A DNA stretch of 64,000 bases from assembly GCA_012295275.1 (NCBI GenBank), contig CM022674.1, positions 13,888,001 to 13,952,000 of the forward strand. The letters run 5' to 3'. Under the pieces are notes generated by a model. It worked only from the letters and a program-made list of their open reading frames with translations. It was not told the DNA's origin and made no database searches. Shown piece by piece: positions 12,434 through 26,629 of the stretch. A program made the position numbers and the translations under genes. Position 1 is the stretch's first letter. The number at the start of each line of letters is the position of its first letter. The DNA is from Chrysomallon squamiferum (Eukaryota > Animalia > Mollusca).

Positions 12434-14865
12434 CATAAGAATTTTTGGGGCAACACAAAATACACTGACAAAACAAATATATAAACCTTTTCTTTGTCTT
12501 CTTTTGAAGAAAACACCAAATACTGGTACTAAACTCTGGGAATTAACACCAAATACTCACACACAAAAAAACCCACAAAAACAAATAAATAAAAGAAAAT
12601 TATTTTTTTATAGATATGCAATGGACAGACTGGGCTCATACAAGGTACTGGAATTAAAAAAATAAAAATAATAATAAAAAAATAAAAAAAAAAAAAAAAA
12701 AAAAATTGTTTTCTTCTTTTTACTGAAATGCAGTGTACAGATTGGGCCTGCATCTTTTCCTACAGCAGTTTTACCAAATACTATGAGCTTATTTCTGTAA
12801 AGTGTAAGAAGGTCTAAGTAAAATATAATGTGGGGAAAAAAAAAGAAAGAATAATAATAACCTGGCATCAAGAATTAAAAAGACCAAATGCAGATAATGA
12901 TTTAATATTCAGTTGTTTCCTTCTGTAATGGTGTGAAAAATTAAACAATATTAGCAGGAAAAGAGCTGTGATTTGCTCCTTCCCACAAACACAAAAGTAC
13001 ACATACTACATATTTTAATATGGGACACTGATTGGAACAGGATATAATCTTAAAACAGGCACCCAAACAGAATTGATCCAGGGATTTATTATGACTTGAG
13101 CTCTAATCCCTGAGTTTCTCTAATGAAGCTATTTACTTACTGTGTGTACTTTCGTCTTCCAGTGACTTGCTCAGGATCCCAGCCAGCTGTTTTATCAGTG
13201 AATCACAAATCATGTCTGGATTCTCCGAGAGTTGATAGATCACCTTCACAGCTTGTTCACAGAGTGGAATCCAGTAAACATTGTCTGTGTCTGTTACACC
13301 TGGGCAATCAAAATAATACACACATGCATTTTATAATCATACAAAATAATACACTTCAAAACCTCTATTATAATAAAAATAATACAATTACACTTTAAAA
13401 CCTCTATTATAATAAAAATAATACAATTACACTTCAAAACTTTTATTATAATAATAATACAATTACACTTTAAAACCTTTATTATAATAAAAATAATACA
13501 ATTACACTTTAAAACCTCTATTATAATAATAATAATAATACAATTACACTTTAAAACCTCTATTATAATAATAATAATAATACAATTACACTTTAAAACC
13601 TTTATTATAATAAAAATAATAATACAATTACACTTTAAAACCTCTATTATAATAATAATAATAATACAATTACACTTTAAAACCTTTTTATTTAATACAA
13701 TTAATTTAAAACCTATTATAATAAAATAATATACATTTTACAACCATTTTCATAATGAAAGGTAGATAGTAGCTGTTATAGTATTATCAAAATAATACAT
13801 ATATTTTACAATCATAATCAAAATAATACACATACACCTATCATATTCTTTATCAAATAAAAATAAACATTACACTTTATAACTTTTTTTATTTTATTTA
13901 ATTTGAAAAATTTAACTTGTTCAAGAACTGTAAAACCTTTATCAAATTTACAACATCATAAAATTATTACCTGTTGAATAATTAAATCTATAAATACTTT
14001 AAAAAAATAAACTTTTTATAAAAAATTTATTTATTTAAAAAATTTAATTTTAAGAAGAAAATTTTAAATTGAAATTTAGAAATATAAATTGTTACAGATT
14101 AAACAATACAACACATTCAGTGTTACTGTGACAATGATCTTCATTAAATGGTAACTGTTGTAGTTTGTAATTAACAAATAATTAGCTGAAACAAATTTAC
14201 CTGTTATAAGAAGGTGAGTTAACCTGGAGAAAGTTTCGTGGTTTTGAGCAAGTTTGAATGGTTCAGATGCAATTTCACCTCTTGCCTTTACAAACAGAAA
14301 AAAACATTAAATAAAAACAGATAAATCCAGACAGTAGAAAAATAGTAAATAGACTGAAACACCATCCACCAGCATAAATCATTAAATGTATTAACAAACA
14401 AATTTAAATAAAAAGAATAATTTTAATATTTCACTTTAAAAAGATTAGTATATATACATTTGGGAAACAGAAAGCAATACGTAAACATTATTCGGAAATC
14501 AGGAATGGTGAAATAATTATTAATCTATCGACACATTTTATTTGCATTTCAGACTTCTGTGAGTTTGTAAAAAGATGTTAAACAACAGATTTACATTTTT
14601 AACAGCTTCAAGTTTGTTGAGAGCCAAACAAGCTTCCTGAGCCAGCAGGTAGTCTGTCTCAGCACGCGATCCCAAACCTTCGCTCACCAGCACGTCAATG
14701 TTGCTGCGGATGATGTCACAGTCAGCACTGTTGTGATTAAAAACACACATGCACACAAAGAGATTTATTAAATATACATGTGTGGGACAAGAACTTATAA
14801 ATATTAATCTATTTTTGTAAATAAATGTCTTCATTATCCATGTATGCAGAAACAGTGACAGTGAC

Positions 14866-14941
<76 letters not shown>

Positions 14942-15464
14942 GGTCACTATAAAAAAATAATAATAAAATAAATAAAAAAAATGTGCGTATTTTGCATTAA
15001 ACTTGATAAAAGACAAAACTAAAGATAAAATAGAAATGCTGTGGAATAACTAATATATTATTGATGTATGGCCAAACATTAACATGTGTATTTATCAGAA
15101 TAAAACTTGAAATGATATAACTTTGGAATCATTGGGTTTCTTGTTCTAACAATTTAAAAAAAAATGAAGAAGAATATTAATACTCTTTACCTATTTTTAA
15201 TTTGAAAACTGACAAATTTTGTTACATTATAGCATATGTTCAGTATTCACAAACTGAAACGTATATAATATATATGTTTACCCTGCTACCATGGCGATGA
15301 GGCACAAAGCTCCTCTGCTGTCTTTTTGTGTTGTGTCTAGGATTTTCAGTGTAAACATTTCCCACATCATCTGTATAACACTGGACTCAATGTCTCCAGA
15401 CTTCACCAACTCTACCACCTGAGTTACCACAAAATCAGTAATAATAATAATACTACTAATAATA

Positions 15465-15540
<76 letters not shown>

Positions 15541-18500
15541 TATAATAATCATAATATAATAATAATAATAATGATAATAACTATAGTAATCATAATATAG
15601 TAGTAATAATAACACATTAATAACATGAGTAGTAATATTAGAAGTAGTAACAATACTAACAATAACAACAGCAGTAATAATAATAAAATTACTATTACTA
15701 CTCCTACTACTACTATTACGACTAATAATGATGATGATTTGATAATGATAATAATACTAAAATAATAAGGAAATATAACAGTATTATGAAGATAATTAAT
15801 ATGTCATAACAACAACAACAATAACAATGATAATAACAAAAACAACAACAACAACAACAACAACAACAAAAATTATAATAATAATAATAATCATAATTTA
15901 TGCTGAGATGAGCTCAGTTGATGCAAACAAAGATTGATCTTCGTTACACAAGATTACAAAAACGCTGGTTACCAGCAGTTCGAGGGACATGAGTTCTCCA
16001 ACTGTGACCCCCTGGGTCAGTGTTATCAGATTTTTCACAACAGACAGTGCCTTGGATCTGAAACATAAAGCAAATCATCGGTTTATAACACAACATAACA
16101 TTATTGTTGTCAGATTTCTTAAGATTTCTCTTCAAATGTTTTATCCTTTTAATGTACACTCGGTATAACAACAACTGCAACCACCACAACTACCACTGTA
16201 TTTTGTTATCAATACCACTGTAACTACTAGTACCATCATTGCAACTACTTTATTAATTCTAAAATAATTACCAGTACTACTACTATTGCTACTACCACAC
16301 TAGTACTACCATTACTACTATAACTACCACAGCTATTGTTACTACTACTACTACTACTACTATTACAACAATCATTACCACCACTACAATATTTCTGTTT
16401 ACTACTACTACAACTACTTTTTTTATAACTACCCCTACAACCAATGTGATTTCTGCTACCATTACAACATCTACTGCTGCTGTTATTACACTACTGCAAC
16501 TACCACTTCACCATTAACATATCTTATTGCTACCATGACTTCTGCTACTGCAGTGACCACCACCACAACCACCACCACCACTACCTTTATTAGTAAATAT
16601 TACAAATAATTTTCACCTCTGATTTCCACGCTGAGGACTGAGATAAAGTTTCTTGTAAGCATTCACAACAGCCTCTTTGACAGCCACCTCCTTCGACCAT
16701 ATCAGTGATAACATTTTACGAATTCCCAACATCATCGCCGAAACACCAAACTCAAACCCGGTGACAAAAAACTCAACTGCCTCAAATATGTCTGAGGTGT
16801 TCTTAGACGAAAGAAGGTTACATATGATAGGAACGCACTTCTGAAGTTGTTTAGCGAACGTCAGTGAATCCTATCAATAATAAATTTAATTAATAAATAA
16901 ATAACTACAAAAATACATAAACAAATTTTTTTTAAATGTAATGAATAGTTAAATTAATTAATTAATAAAAGAAATAAAATAAAAAGTATGTTACTAATAA
17001 ACAAAATAAACAAGTACAATGGTACCTTGACTTATGAATTTAATTCATTTTGTGACTGAGATCGTATCTCAATTTGCTCGTATATCAAATCAATTTTCCA
17101 AACTGAAATTAAATGAAACTGCACTAATCCATTCCAGCCCCCAAAAATGAACACATTTTTTTCTTCTTTTTTTTGTAACTTGTTTTTAAATAAGAAAAAT
17201 TTATAAATGACAAACATTGTATAAAAACAAAACAAAAAATAAAATGTAAAGAAATAAATTGGTTTTGTAAAGTGTATTTATCTTGGAGATCAGACAAATT
17301 ATTTTGATGACTTCAGCTGGAGTTATAGCCTTTATCGACTCCTTCAGCTTCAGTGTGGTACATATCGTAAATATACAATCCTCATACTACCTAGCCAAGT
17401 TCACTACGTGCACACCTTGCTCATGTTTTTCTATGATTTCAAGCTTTAATTCAGTGGACATCATCGGCTTCTTCTTCTCAGCACTGTCCTTACTCAGTTT
17501 CTTCGGCTCCAAGGCCAGAAAAAAGAAATTTGGCAAAATATTGCACAAAATGTGAGCACAACACAATTAAGATACTTCCATGGTGAGGTATCCACGCAAA
17601 GTAAATGAGTGAGACATGGGATGCTGGCCAGATGTTATGTCGTTCGTTGTGCCAACTAATGGCAGCGTTTCCAAAGCTTGATCATAACTTAGATTTTGGC
17701 TCGCAACTCAAAGCAAAAAATTGACTGGGCGACTGCTCGTAATTCAAAAAATGTATATGTTATGGCACTCGTAAGTCAAGGTACCACTGTATATTATTAA
17801 TAAACAAGGTAATATATAATATAAGAGAATATATTATTCATATACAAAATAATAATAAAAATTATTATTCATAAAAAAAGCAACAAAAAAAAAGAAAGAA
17901 AAAGAAAAGTTAAGAATAAATAAAGAAAATGCACTTACTAAATTTACAAAAAAATAATAAACAAATTAATGAAATACAATAAATGAATAAATAGCAAATA
18001 ACACATACACAAAAATGGAAACAAATTATAATTATATAATAAATAAAATTAAATACATTAAATAAAATAAATAATTTATTAACAATCAAATTAATATTTT
18101 ATGTTTAATTATTATTAAATTATGATATTATTACTTAATTAGTAAAGATGTGTAACTTTAAAAACCTGGTCTCAGATGCAACACAAATCCTTATTTTACA
18201 ATCTTGAAATTTCATTTATATCAGAAAAGTTCTGAATATTTATCAAAAATGCTGAGAACAAAGGTTGAATGCATAGTGTTAGGAAATAGTAATTATCAAT
18301 TATAAATTGACTGATGCTTGTAAATAATATTTATTTTTTTTTGTTTAATTGTTATGATTATAAAGATAACAAACCTTGAGATATAGTACAAGTAGCTGCT
18401 GCTTGGATACATCATTTACGACGTTGTCTTCACTTTGTGACTCATCTGATGTTGATTTGGTTATTACAGCAATTTTACGATGTCCTATAAATATTTAACT

Positions 18501-20193
18501 TGATGAAATTTGGTAAAACTTGTGAAAAACTCAAACAATTCTGTTTGAAAATTTACCTTATTTTTCATGAAATGTATCTTAAGTGAAAAAGAACAAAATA
18601 AGCTTTGTATTTATTTTGAAAATTTTAATTCCATACTAAGTAAACACTTAAACTCACCAAAGAAAATTTCCTTCAGACATGAAATGATGTTAGACATTTC
18701 TGCAAGCTGACTTGCAGACAGCTTCTCATCATTACTAGAGAAAAAAAAAAAATAAAATAAAGATTTGAACTGAATCAGAGTCATGAAGACATTTTGTTAT
18801 TTAAAAAAGAAAAATTCTGTGATTTAACTTTTTTATATTTATATTTTAAATTTTGAAAATGTATAAATGAATGTTAGAAAAAAAAAATCATTAAAAAAGG
18901 GAAATTGCTAATACCCATTGTTTTCTTCTTCCATAGCTTCTTCAGAAGATGGAGGTAACTCTTCTTGTGCATTAGATTTTTGCGAAGAGCAACTTTCTGG
19001 CCATGATTTTTGAACTGCTCTGAAATACTGTATGACTTCAATGTATTTTCCTTCATTCAGCAAGTTGTAAATTTTTGTTGTAACACTGTAAGAAAAAACA
19101 AATCTCATTTTTTTAACAAAAAATTTCAAATAACTAAATCTGATAGTTTCTTCAAAAGTGGCAATGTTTGTAAATTCTAAATTAAAATATTTTCTTTTTA
19201 AGCAAAATATTTAATTAATGTGAAAACTATTTGAGACTGCAATAAGCTTTATAAAAAGTTTGCTGTGGTAATAAAACAACAATAACGATCCCTAAAAGTT
19301 TGAGAGATACAAGACAAACATTACATAATGTGAATTGTGACATTGAGGAATGCTGGGTAGTAACTCATCTCTCTATTCCACTCCCACACAGCACAATCTA
19401 TCAAGCATTTTGTACATTACAGACATCATTCTATTGGAACATCATCCCATGTGGAATCAGTCTGCAGAAATTTTTCTTTTAAATCCACAATTTGAGGATT
19501 TATAAAACACAAAATCTACATTTAGTTTTTAATTTTAGACTTGAATGTTTTTATTTGTTTTACGTGTCTAAAGTCTCTTCCTCAACAGTCTGGGTGGAGG
19601 TGTTAATGACATCCTCATTATCAGCAAACACATTGAACAGATTCTGCTCTATCTTCTGCCAGTCTTTCTCTAACTTGCACAGCTCAGCTGCAAACAAACA
19701 CAGAGTGAATAAGAAGCCACATGTAAGATGTACTGTGATAGTAGATTGGAGACAAAGAGCTTTATCATAAATTATAACGATATATAAACCAGCACGATAC
19801 CAGTCTACATGCTGAAGTTGATTTTACAATTTTGGAATGCCCTGAAATATTATTTCGTATACTAATAAACCTGCAATGTTTGTAAATTGATAAAATATAT
19901 ATTTCTAAAATATTAACAATTGTGAAAATGCTGAAAACATTCTTAGGAATCACTGGCTTAACAACCATACCATAAATATCTCTAATTATCTACATTTGTT
20001 TTTTTCCATTTTTCTTGCAGCTTAGTACTTACAGTTTCCATCTTTTGTGTCTGGAACTTTGAGCATCATCTCTTCCAGTTTTTCCATTTCCTTTTCATAA
20101 CTCATCTGCAGTTCTTGTATAGGTAACTGAAAATATTTATTGGTAATTTTATTATTTTCTGTTCTTAATAAGTAATTTACAGAACCATTTGAG

Positions 20194-20241
<48 letters not shown>

Positions 20242-21671
20242 CTGCCCTAAACCCTGATCCACTCATGAAATATAAAAAATAACCTAATTATACTGGCTGT
20301 ATGAATCGCAGATTATATTAATTCATACTTTATCATTAACAAAGATTACAGCTATGAAAAAAAAACAACTACTAAAACAGTTATTAAATATATTTAGATT
20401 ATGTCCACACTATAAACCTGAAACATAATTTATAAATAATTATAATCATTGACTCAAGCAGACAATCCAGCCATGCTTTGTAACATGCTCACTCATAATC
20501 ACTGTAAACAGCTTATTACATTTTATTTTTCAAACACAGCATCACAGTCACATATGCATCGCCATTGGCAGATTATATATTACTGAAGATGTAATTTAGC
20601 CCTGAAAGTGCTGTTTACCTTTGCAGCGAAAGGGTTAAACTGGAGCAGTGCTGTCATGAGCTGAACTGCGTATTTCCGAACCTGACAAGACTTGTCCTGC
20701 AATCTGCCGAGGACAAGATTTGTCAGATGTCCTTGTTTCTGCATTGGCAGACACTGAAATAACAATTAACAATCTTGAAAGAATTTTACACATCACTGCA
20801 CAGAAGCATATTTACAGGTTCTCTCTCAGTCTTATATATCACCTTTATAATAAATATTAAAATAATCCTGAACTATTTCTCACAACAGAAAATTTGGGTT
20901 GTTATATTAATATTCTTACTATTCATTTACATCTTATGATTTTACAGAATCTAACTACAATCTGATAGTTTTCTGTTAATAGATAAATAAATAAGAATTG
21001 AACATTAATATTTTTCTTCTTCATAAAAATCAGTCTTTACAAGAAACAAATTTAATTATTAAATATGCAAATTACCATTATTTTCAAGAAACTTTACTAA
21101 ATAATAATTTTATTTACAATGGACATATTAAAGAAAAAACATAATCAGTTTAAATATTCAGGATCATCTTTTCCCTGACAAACACGTCAAAACATTAATT
21201 TTTTTAATTTCTTTTTATAAATCAGTTTAAGTATACAAAAACAAAAACATAAATCTTTTTTTTATAAAGTTACCTTTTCTCCCACAATTTTCAACCAAAT
21301 CTGTAGAACTTTACTTCGAACAAAGGAATTAACATCATGAATATGATCCTGAAATAGGTAACAAAGTAATAAAATGACATGGTTTCAAATTCTGTATTTT
21401 TTCTCACTAGAATAACATTAAAGAGTGTGAAACAGTTTAGATTTTTGAGAAATCAGCTGGAATTATTTTATATTAAACCAAGAGAAAAACAATAATCAGT
21501 ATCCAATAATTTCCTATAGTGATCAGGATGTATATTTAAACTTTAATATTAATTCATCTAATTACTTTAAATATAATTAGAATTTTTATTTCTTTATTCA
21601 TCAATCTTCTTTTTAACAAATAAATAAATAAATAACTATATATAAATAAATAAATAAATAATAATAAAATT

Positions 21672-21705
<34 letters not shown>

Positions 21706-24641
21706 CCCATAAAAAACACTTTAAAAAATAAACCCCAAATCTTTGGTACTATTTTAGAAATAAATACATTTATTTTTAGTATCATATTTCTTCAGAATAA
21801 AAAAAACAATAGTTTTAAAAGATAAACAATAATTAAATAAAAAGAACAAACAAACCTCCAGCTTGTCAAAGAAGCTGTCTCTGTCATTCTTCATTTTTTC
21901 ATCCAAATCATTTACTGACAAAACTTGAATAAGAATCTCTCCCATTGCACCCAGAACTCCATTTCTCATAGAATACGACTAAATAAAACATACAAAAATA
22001 CATTTAATATGAGCATGCTGATGTTTGTTGTATAATCTGAAGGGAAAGCATCTTTCACTATTAGAAAATAAATATGCAGTGTAACCATAGAGATATGAAC
22101 AAACATTTTGAATGAATTTTTGATTCCTAAAGGTTCTTGCTGTATTTGTTTCTTTTGACTGAGATGGCATGAAGAAACAGATTGCTTATATTTTGAAGGT
22201 TTATAAAATATAATCATAATCCATGCTATTTTACAGCAATTGCTTGGTGATAAATTTAGAAATCATCCTGATACCGATTCAAGCATATATATATATATAT
22301 CTATATATACATACATACATACATACATATATATACTTACTTTCTTGTGATATATAAACAATTTGCCTAAATATATTTTTATATTTCAAAATTTATTTGT
22401 AAGTTTATTAATGAATATTTTGTGGGTTACAGATAAGCGGCCTAAAAATATTTTTATCATTCCAAATCTTTAGTTTATTTGTTTTGTTTATGGATACGAA
22501 GTTGTCTGAATATATTTTTAATATTTCTAAATCATTTTCTTTTGTTTTCTAACCTCTCCATCAAGATGACAGATCAAGACACTGATACTGGTCAACATGG
22601 CAGCAGGAATCTTTTCAGCCAGCTCAACGAGGAAGGCAGAGTAAGAACGAGTTCCTGCTGTGTCACGTGCCAAATCCTGCGGATCAATTCTTCCTATCTC
22701 CCTGAAAATGTATTTAAAAAAATAAAATAAAATAAAAAGAAAAAAAGAAGGTAATATAAAAATGATTTTTTATTAAGCACAGTCTGATAGACATTCAATT
22801 TGAAAAATTAAAAAATTAAAAAATTAAAAATTAAAAAAATGTGTATATGTGTGTACACATACATATATATATATATATTTAGATAAAAACTTTAAATCAC
22901 AATGTTTATGCAAACAGAGAATGAGAGAAACACATAAACAGACAGACAGACAGAGAAAAGAGACAAAATGGAGACAGAGGTATAATGAGAAAGAGAAAAT
23001 AAGACAGAGAAAAAAAATGTATCAGAGGAAAAGAAAGAGAAGAATGACATACAAAGAGGGTTAAAGAGAGAAACAAAGACAGACAGAAAATAAAAAAGTG
23101 ATAACAAATTCACATATAAATAAAATACAATATTAAATCACTTGTATATAATTAAATACAATGATACAACAAACCTCATTATTTCTGAAGCAACATGTTT
23201 CACACCATATTCATTAACAAACAGTTCAACAGCCTGTGCCATAGGAGATACTGTGTGTTCAAAATGCTGTAGTAGCTGCATAATCTTCAAACTGGCTCCT
23301 AGAAACAAATAAATTAAATATTACATATAATCTTCATTATGTTACCTTCAAACTGGTTCCTGTAAAGATATTTATCTAAATTATATATCCCATAAAAATG
23401 TTATAATAGTTTAGCAATCTTCAAACTCACTCTTGGATATAGAATTCTACAATCATCGTGTATAATTATCTAAAACTGTAATGATTGCAAACTAATTCTT
23501 GTTACAGGGATTATGTAATACAGAATAACAATTATTTCAAAGATAATTCAAAATTTAATACAATCTGTAAAATAAAAACCCCAAAAAGAAAAAATATCCA
23601 TAAAACAATAAAACATTATATACACACCCATATATCTACATCTTTATCTATATCTATAATGTATTGAAATGTCTATATAAATATAAAGCAGAAAAAAAAA
23701 GAAACAAAAAGAATTAGTTATCATGACATCCTCTTCCACTTTAGAGCCTACAAAATGGTAATAAAAAATATCTATTGTAAAAATATTAAAACCTGTGACA
23801 AACCTAAAGCATGGTTGTGCTTCTTAACAAGAATTCCAAGGATGTGCGATATAGAATCTCGAGTTTCTTTCTGTACAACCTTAGTGATTCCTGGATTCTC
23901 CAGCATCTTGTAACAGCAGTTACTAATGAGACTGAAAATGTAAATTAATTTAACACACAAACTTGAAGAAGAAGAAGAAAAAAAAAAAAGAAAAAAAAAA
24001 AGAACTAATTGCAAAATAAAATATAATAAAAATTTGAAAGATTTGAAATTAGTTTGAACATTATTTCATACTGGGAAATCCTGATTTAGTCTGAACAAGT
24101 ATTGTAATAAACAGTTTAAACTAGTAACTTAGAAACTTAATAAACAATTAAAGCTAATAATGTTAGTAATTTAGAATAACAATTACTGTAAAAAAAATAA
24201 TTTTAAACAATTACTGAGGATACACTGGCTCTCATAATGGTAACACCAATTTAAACTTGTACTGTCACTGAACAAAATCTTATTATCTTGCACCTAATAA
24301 TAGATAGTAGTAAAATACTTTAATTAAATTAATAATAATTTTCATGTCTTAATTAAAGCATTTCATCTAATGTGACAAAAGTTGTATGCCCTGAATCGAA
24401 ACTCTGTTCCTATGGTTACCTGACAAACTCTTCTTCTGCAACAGGTGGGTCCCAGAGTCGTTCAAGGTCTACATGCAGCAGAGTCAGCAGAGCTTGAAGT
24501 CCAGTGTTTCTCTCATGTTCCCAGTCCAATCCACTTGCATCCTTCTTCTTCTTTGTCTTTTTCTAAATTTAAAATAATATCTTTACTTCAGTATTATTTC
24601 CTTATCATTCTTTTAATATATATTTTTCAAATTAAAAATTG

Positions 24642-24680
<39 letters not shown>

Positions 24681-26572
24681 CACACAAAATAATAATAAAA
24701 ATAGTAAATAACAGTATAAGATTTAAAAAAGAAAAAGAAAATAAAAAAAAAAAGATCATGGTTTCATCACATTTATTATTTTTCATTTATTTCCAAAAAA
24801 TCTGCTAAAACCTTTTATATTTATACTAAAAATGTTAGTAGCTTTAAACTTTTTTTTTTAAATTTTAAAACTGTTCCTCATGTCACTGACCTTTCCCATG
24901 GTGACCTCCAAGGGGCCAGGTTTAAGTTGCTCCGACTCAAACTGCTCCATGAAGTTACATACAAGAAAACATGTCATCTTCACAGCATTCAGATACTTGA
25001 GTCGTTCTGTCGAATCAAAATTTTCAGATTCCAACAAATCAGACAACTGACTGGCCAAATTGTTACAAACTGAAAAAAAAAAAAAAAAAAAATTGACACT
25101 GAAACTTAAAAAAAAATAGTTTTTTAAATTTATCTTCACAAAATAACATAAATCAGTGTTTATTAGTTAACTAGTATTGATGTCTCTGAAATTTAAATTT
25201 CTGTATTCATACAGAGGAAACAGTTTAAATTACTGTTTATTAAAATTTTAAAATCTTAATTTAAATTTCTTAATTCAACTAAAAAAAAAAAAAAAAAAAG
25301 AAAAAAACAAGAACAACCAAAAATACCTACAAATTTCTGTTTATTAATTATCCATCATAAATTTAGGTCTGTCTTCATGAAATTTAATATTCTTAATTAA
25401 CCTTTAAAAATCAATTTAAATTATTTTTTACTAGTTACATAATTATGGGTGATATTTATGTTTTGAAATTTTAAATTTTAAATTCACCTACAGAATATTG
25501 TATAATTATTTATTAATTAGTATCACCAAAATTTAAATTTCTTAATTCACCTTCACAAATCAGTTTAAAATACTGTTTATTACTTAACTACTATTTGCAT
25601 CAGTCATGGAATTAAATGCAGATAATTGACTAGCCTAGCTGTTACATGCTAATATACACACATTTTTTTTTTTTTGACATTGCTTTTAAACTCTGGTGTT
25701 TAAGAGAAATATTTTGTTATTAATTACAATTCGTAACTGTAGAAATGATTTATAAATAAATAAATAGTTTTTTAAATAACTTACGCTTCACAAGAAGATC
25801 CCAAACTTCTTCCTTAACATCACTGTCAATATCCTTGAACAAACTGGGGGAAAAAAAGAAGAAAAAAAGAAGATATAACCACACACATAAAATAATAAAA
25901 AATAAAATAAAAATAAATATTAAATATATAAAAAAAAGTAAATGTAAAAAAAGAGATGCATGATATACAATTTTAACAAAATTAAATATAGTAAAAACAA
26001 TAATAATAAATAAATTAATGAATGCATGAAAAGAAATAATAAAACAAATCTCACCACAATACACTGAAAAGGCAATCAAACTTGTCTAGAATAACCAAAC
26101 AGTTGGAACGTGAAGAAACTCGAAAATCTGTAAGTGGAATAAAGACACTAATATATATATATATATACACACACACACCAGAATACAAAGTCAAAATTGT
26201 CAAACTAAACATTACATAATTTAAAAAGTAACTATATTATATAGTGTTGTAAGAAATTAATATTTTATAAAAAATATTATAATAATATATAATTAAATGA
26301 TAATACACAATTATGATGATAACAGAATCTAAAATAATATTTTTATTGACGCTATTAAAACAAAAATTTCAATTCCTGAACTGTTTGTAATTTTATAAAA
26401 ACAAACAATTAATTGATCGTAGATATTTTTCTAATTAACAAGGTAAATATTTACCTTGAACTGCACACTGAATGAGTCGCAGCGGCAAGACTTCGTCAAC
26501 CACGTAGTCGTTGATGTTATTTTTGCAAAGCAGATCATTTTTTGATACTGGTATTACAAACTCAAATACCAT
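5597..26572 (-). CDS. NCAPD2: Condensin complex subunit 1 (CAP-D2/Cnd1), 32 coding exons, about 1423 aa after correcting two 1-nt insertions
   Basis: Manually spliced, phase-consistent GT-AG exons: 26455-26572, 26055-26127, 25785-25843, 24891-25069, 24420-24562, 23804-23931, 23175-23298, 22554-22701, 21856-21978, 21274-21348, 20619-20753, 20033-20126, 19564-19687, 18915-19085, 18658-18734, 18375-18484, 16617-16870, 15973-16057, 15282-15418, 14595-14727, 14201-14285, 13141-13299, 12165-12388, 11318-11441, 10530-10653, 9870-10025, 9449-9626, 8787-8881, 7958-8039, 7176-7360, 6305-6449, 5597-5823. Diagnostic peptides: MVFEFVIP..YVVDEVL, EEEFVSLISNCCYKMLENP, DHIHDVNSFVRSKVLQ, RSNTIIALGDLTFRFPNLIEPWT, LILNDMVKVKGQ, GNALYNVMPDIISRLSD. 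Confidence 0.96.
10690..11090. repeat. Degenerate AT-rich tandem repeat, about 30 bp
   Basis: Recurrent aaataatagtgcttttaaatagt-like units. Confidence 0.6.
12950..13117 (-). mobile_element. Decayed SINE copy of the same family, reverse orientation
   Basis: ttagcagg...ttcccacaaaca...cacatactaca...cactgattggaac...attgatcca...ctctaatccctgagtt reads as the reverse complement of a head-plus-core SINE layout. Confidence 0.45.
13345..13730. repeat. Intronic minisatellite, unit about 36-42 bp, about 9 copies
   Basis: Unit taatacaattacactttaaaacc(t/c)ttattat followed by a variable (aat)n spacer. Confidence 0.93.
15440..15900. repeat. (AAT)n/(ACT)n/(AAC)n microsatellite field
   Basis: Direct reading. 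Further (AAT/ATT)n runs lie at about 5888-5965, 42583-42627, 48745-48900, 56170-56277 and 57358-57408. Confidence 0.95.
17017..17789 (-). mobile_element. Tigger/pogo (Tc1-mariner superfamily) internal-deletion derivative in an NCAPD2 intron
   Basis: 21-bp TIRs CAATGGTACCTTGACTTATGA ... TCGTAAGTCAAGGTACCACTG (19/21 match), TA on both flanks, and an internal transposase remnant. Confidence 0.92.
17283..17512 (-). pseudogene. Remnant of the Tigger transposase N-terminus (CENP-B-type/psq helix-turn-helix)
   Basis: Translates as LEPKKLSKDSAEKKKPMMSTELKLEIIEKHEQGVHVVNLAR*YEDCIFTICTTLKLKESIKAITPA. The start has decayed to TTG, there is an internal stop, and no DDE domain follows. Confidence 0.85.
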
Positions 26573-26598
26573 TTTTGAAAAACTGGCCTGAAATTAAC

Positions 26599-26629
<31 letters not shown>

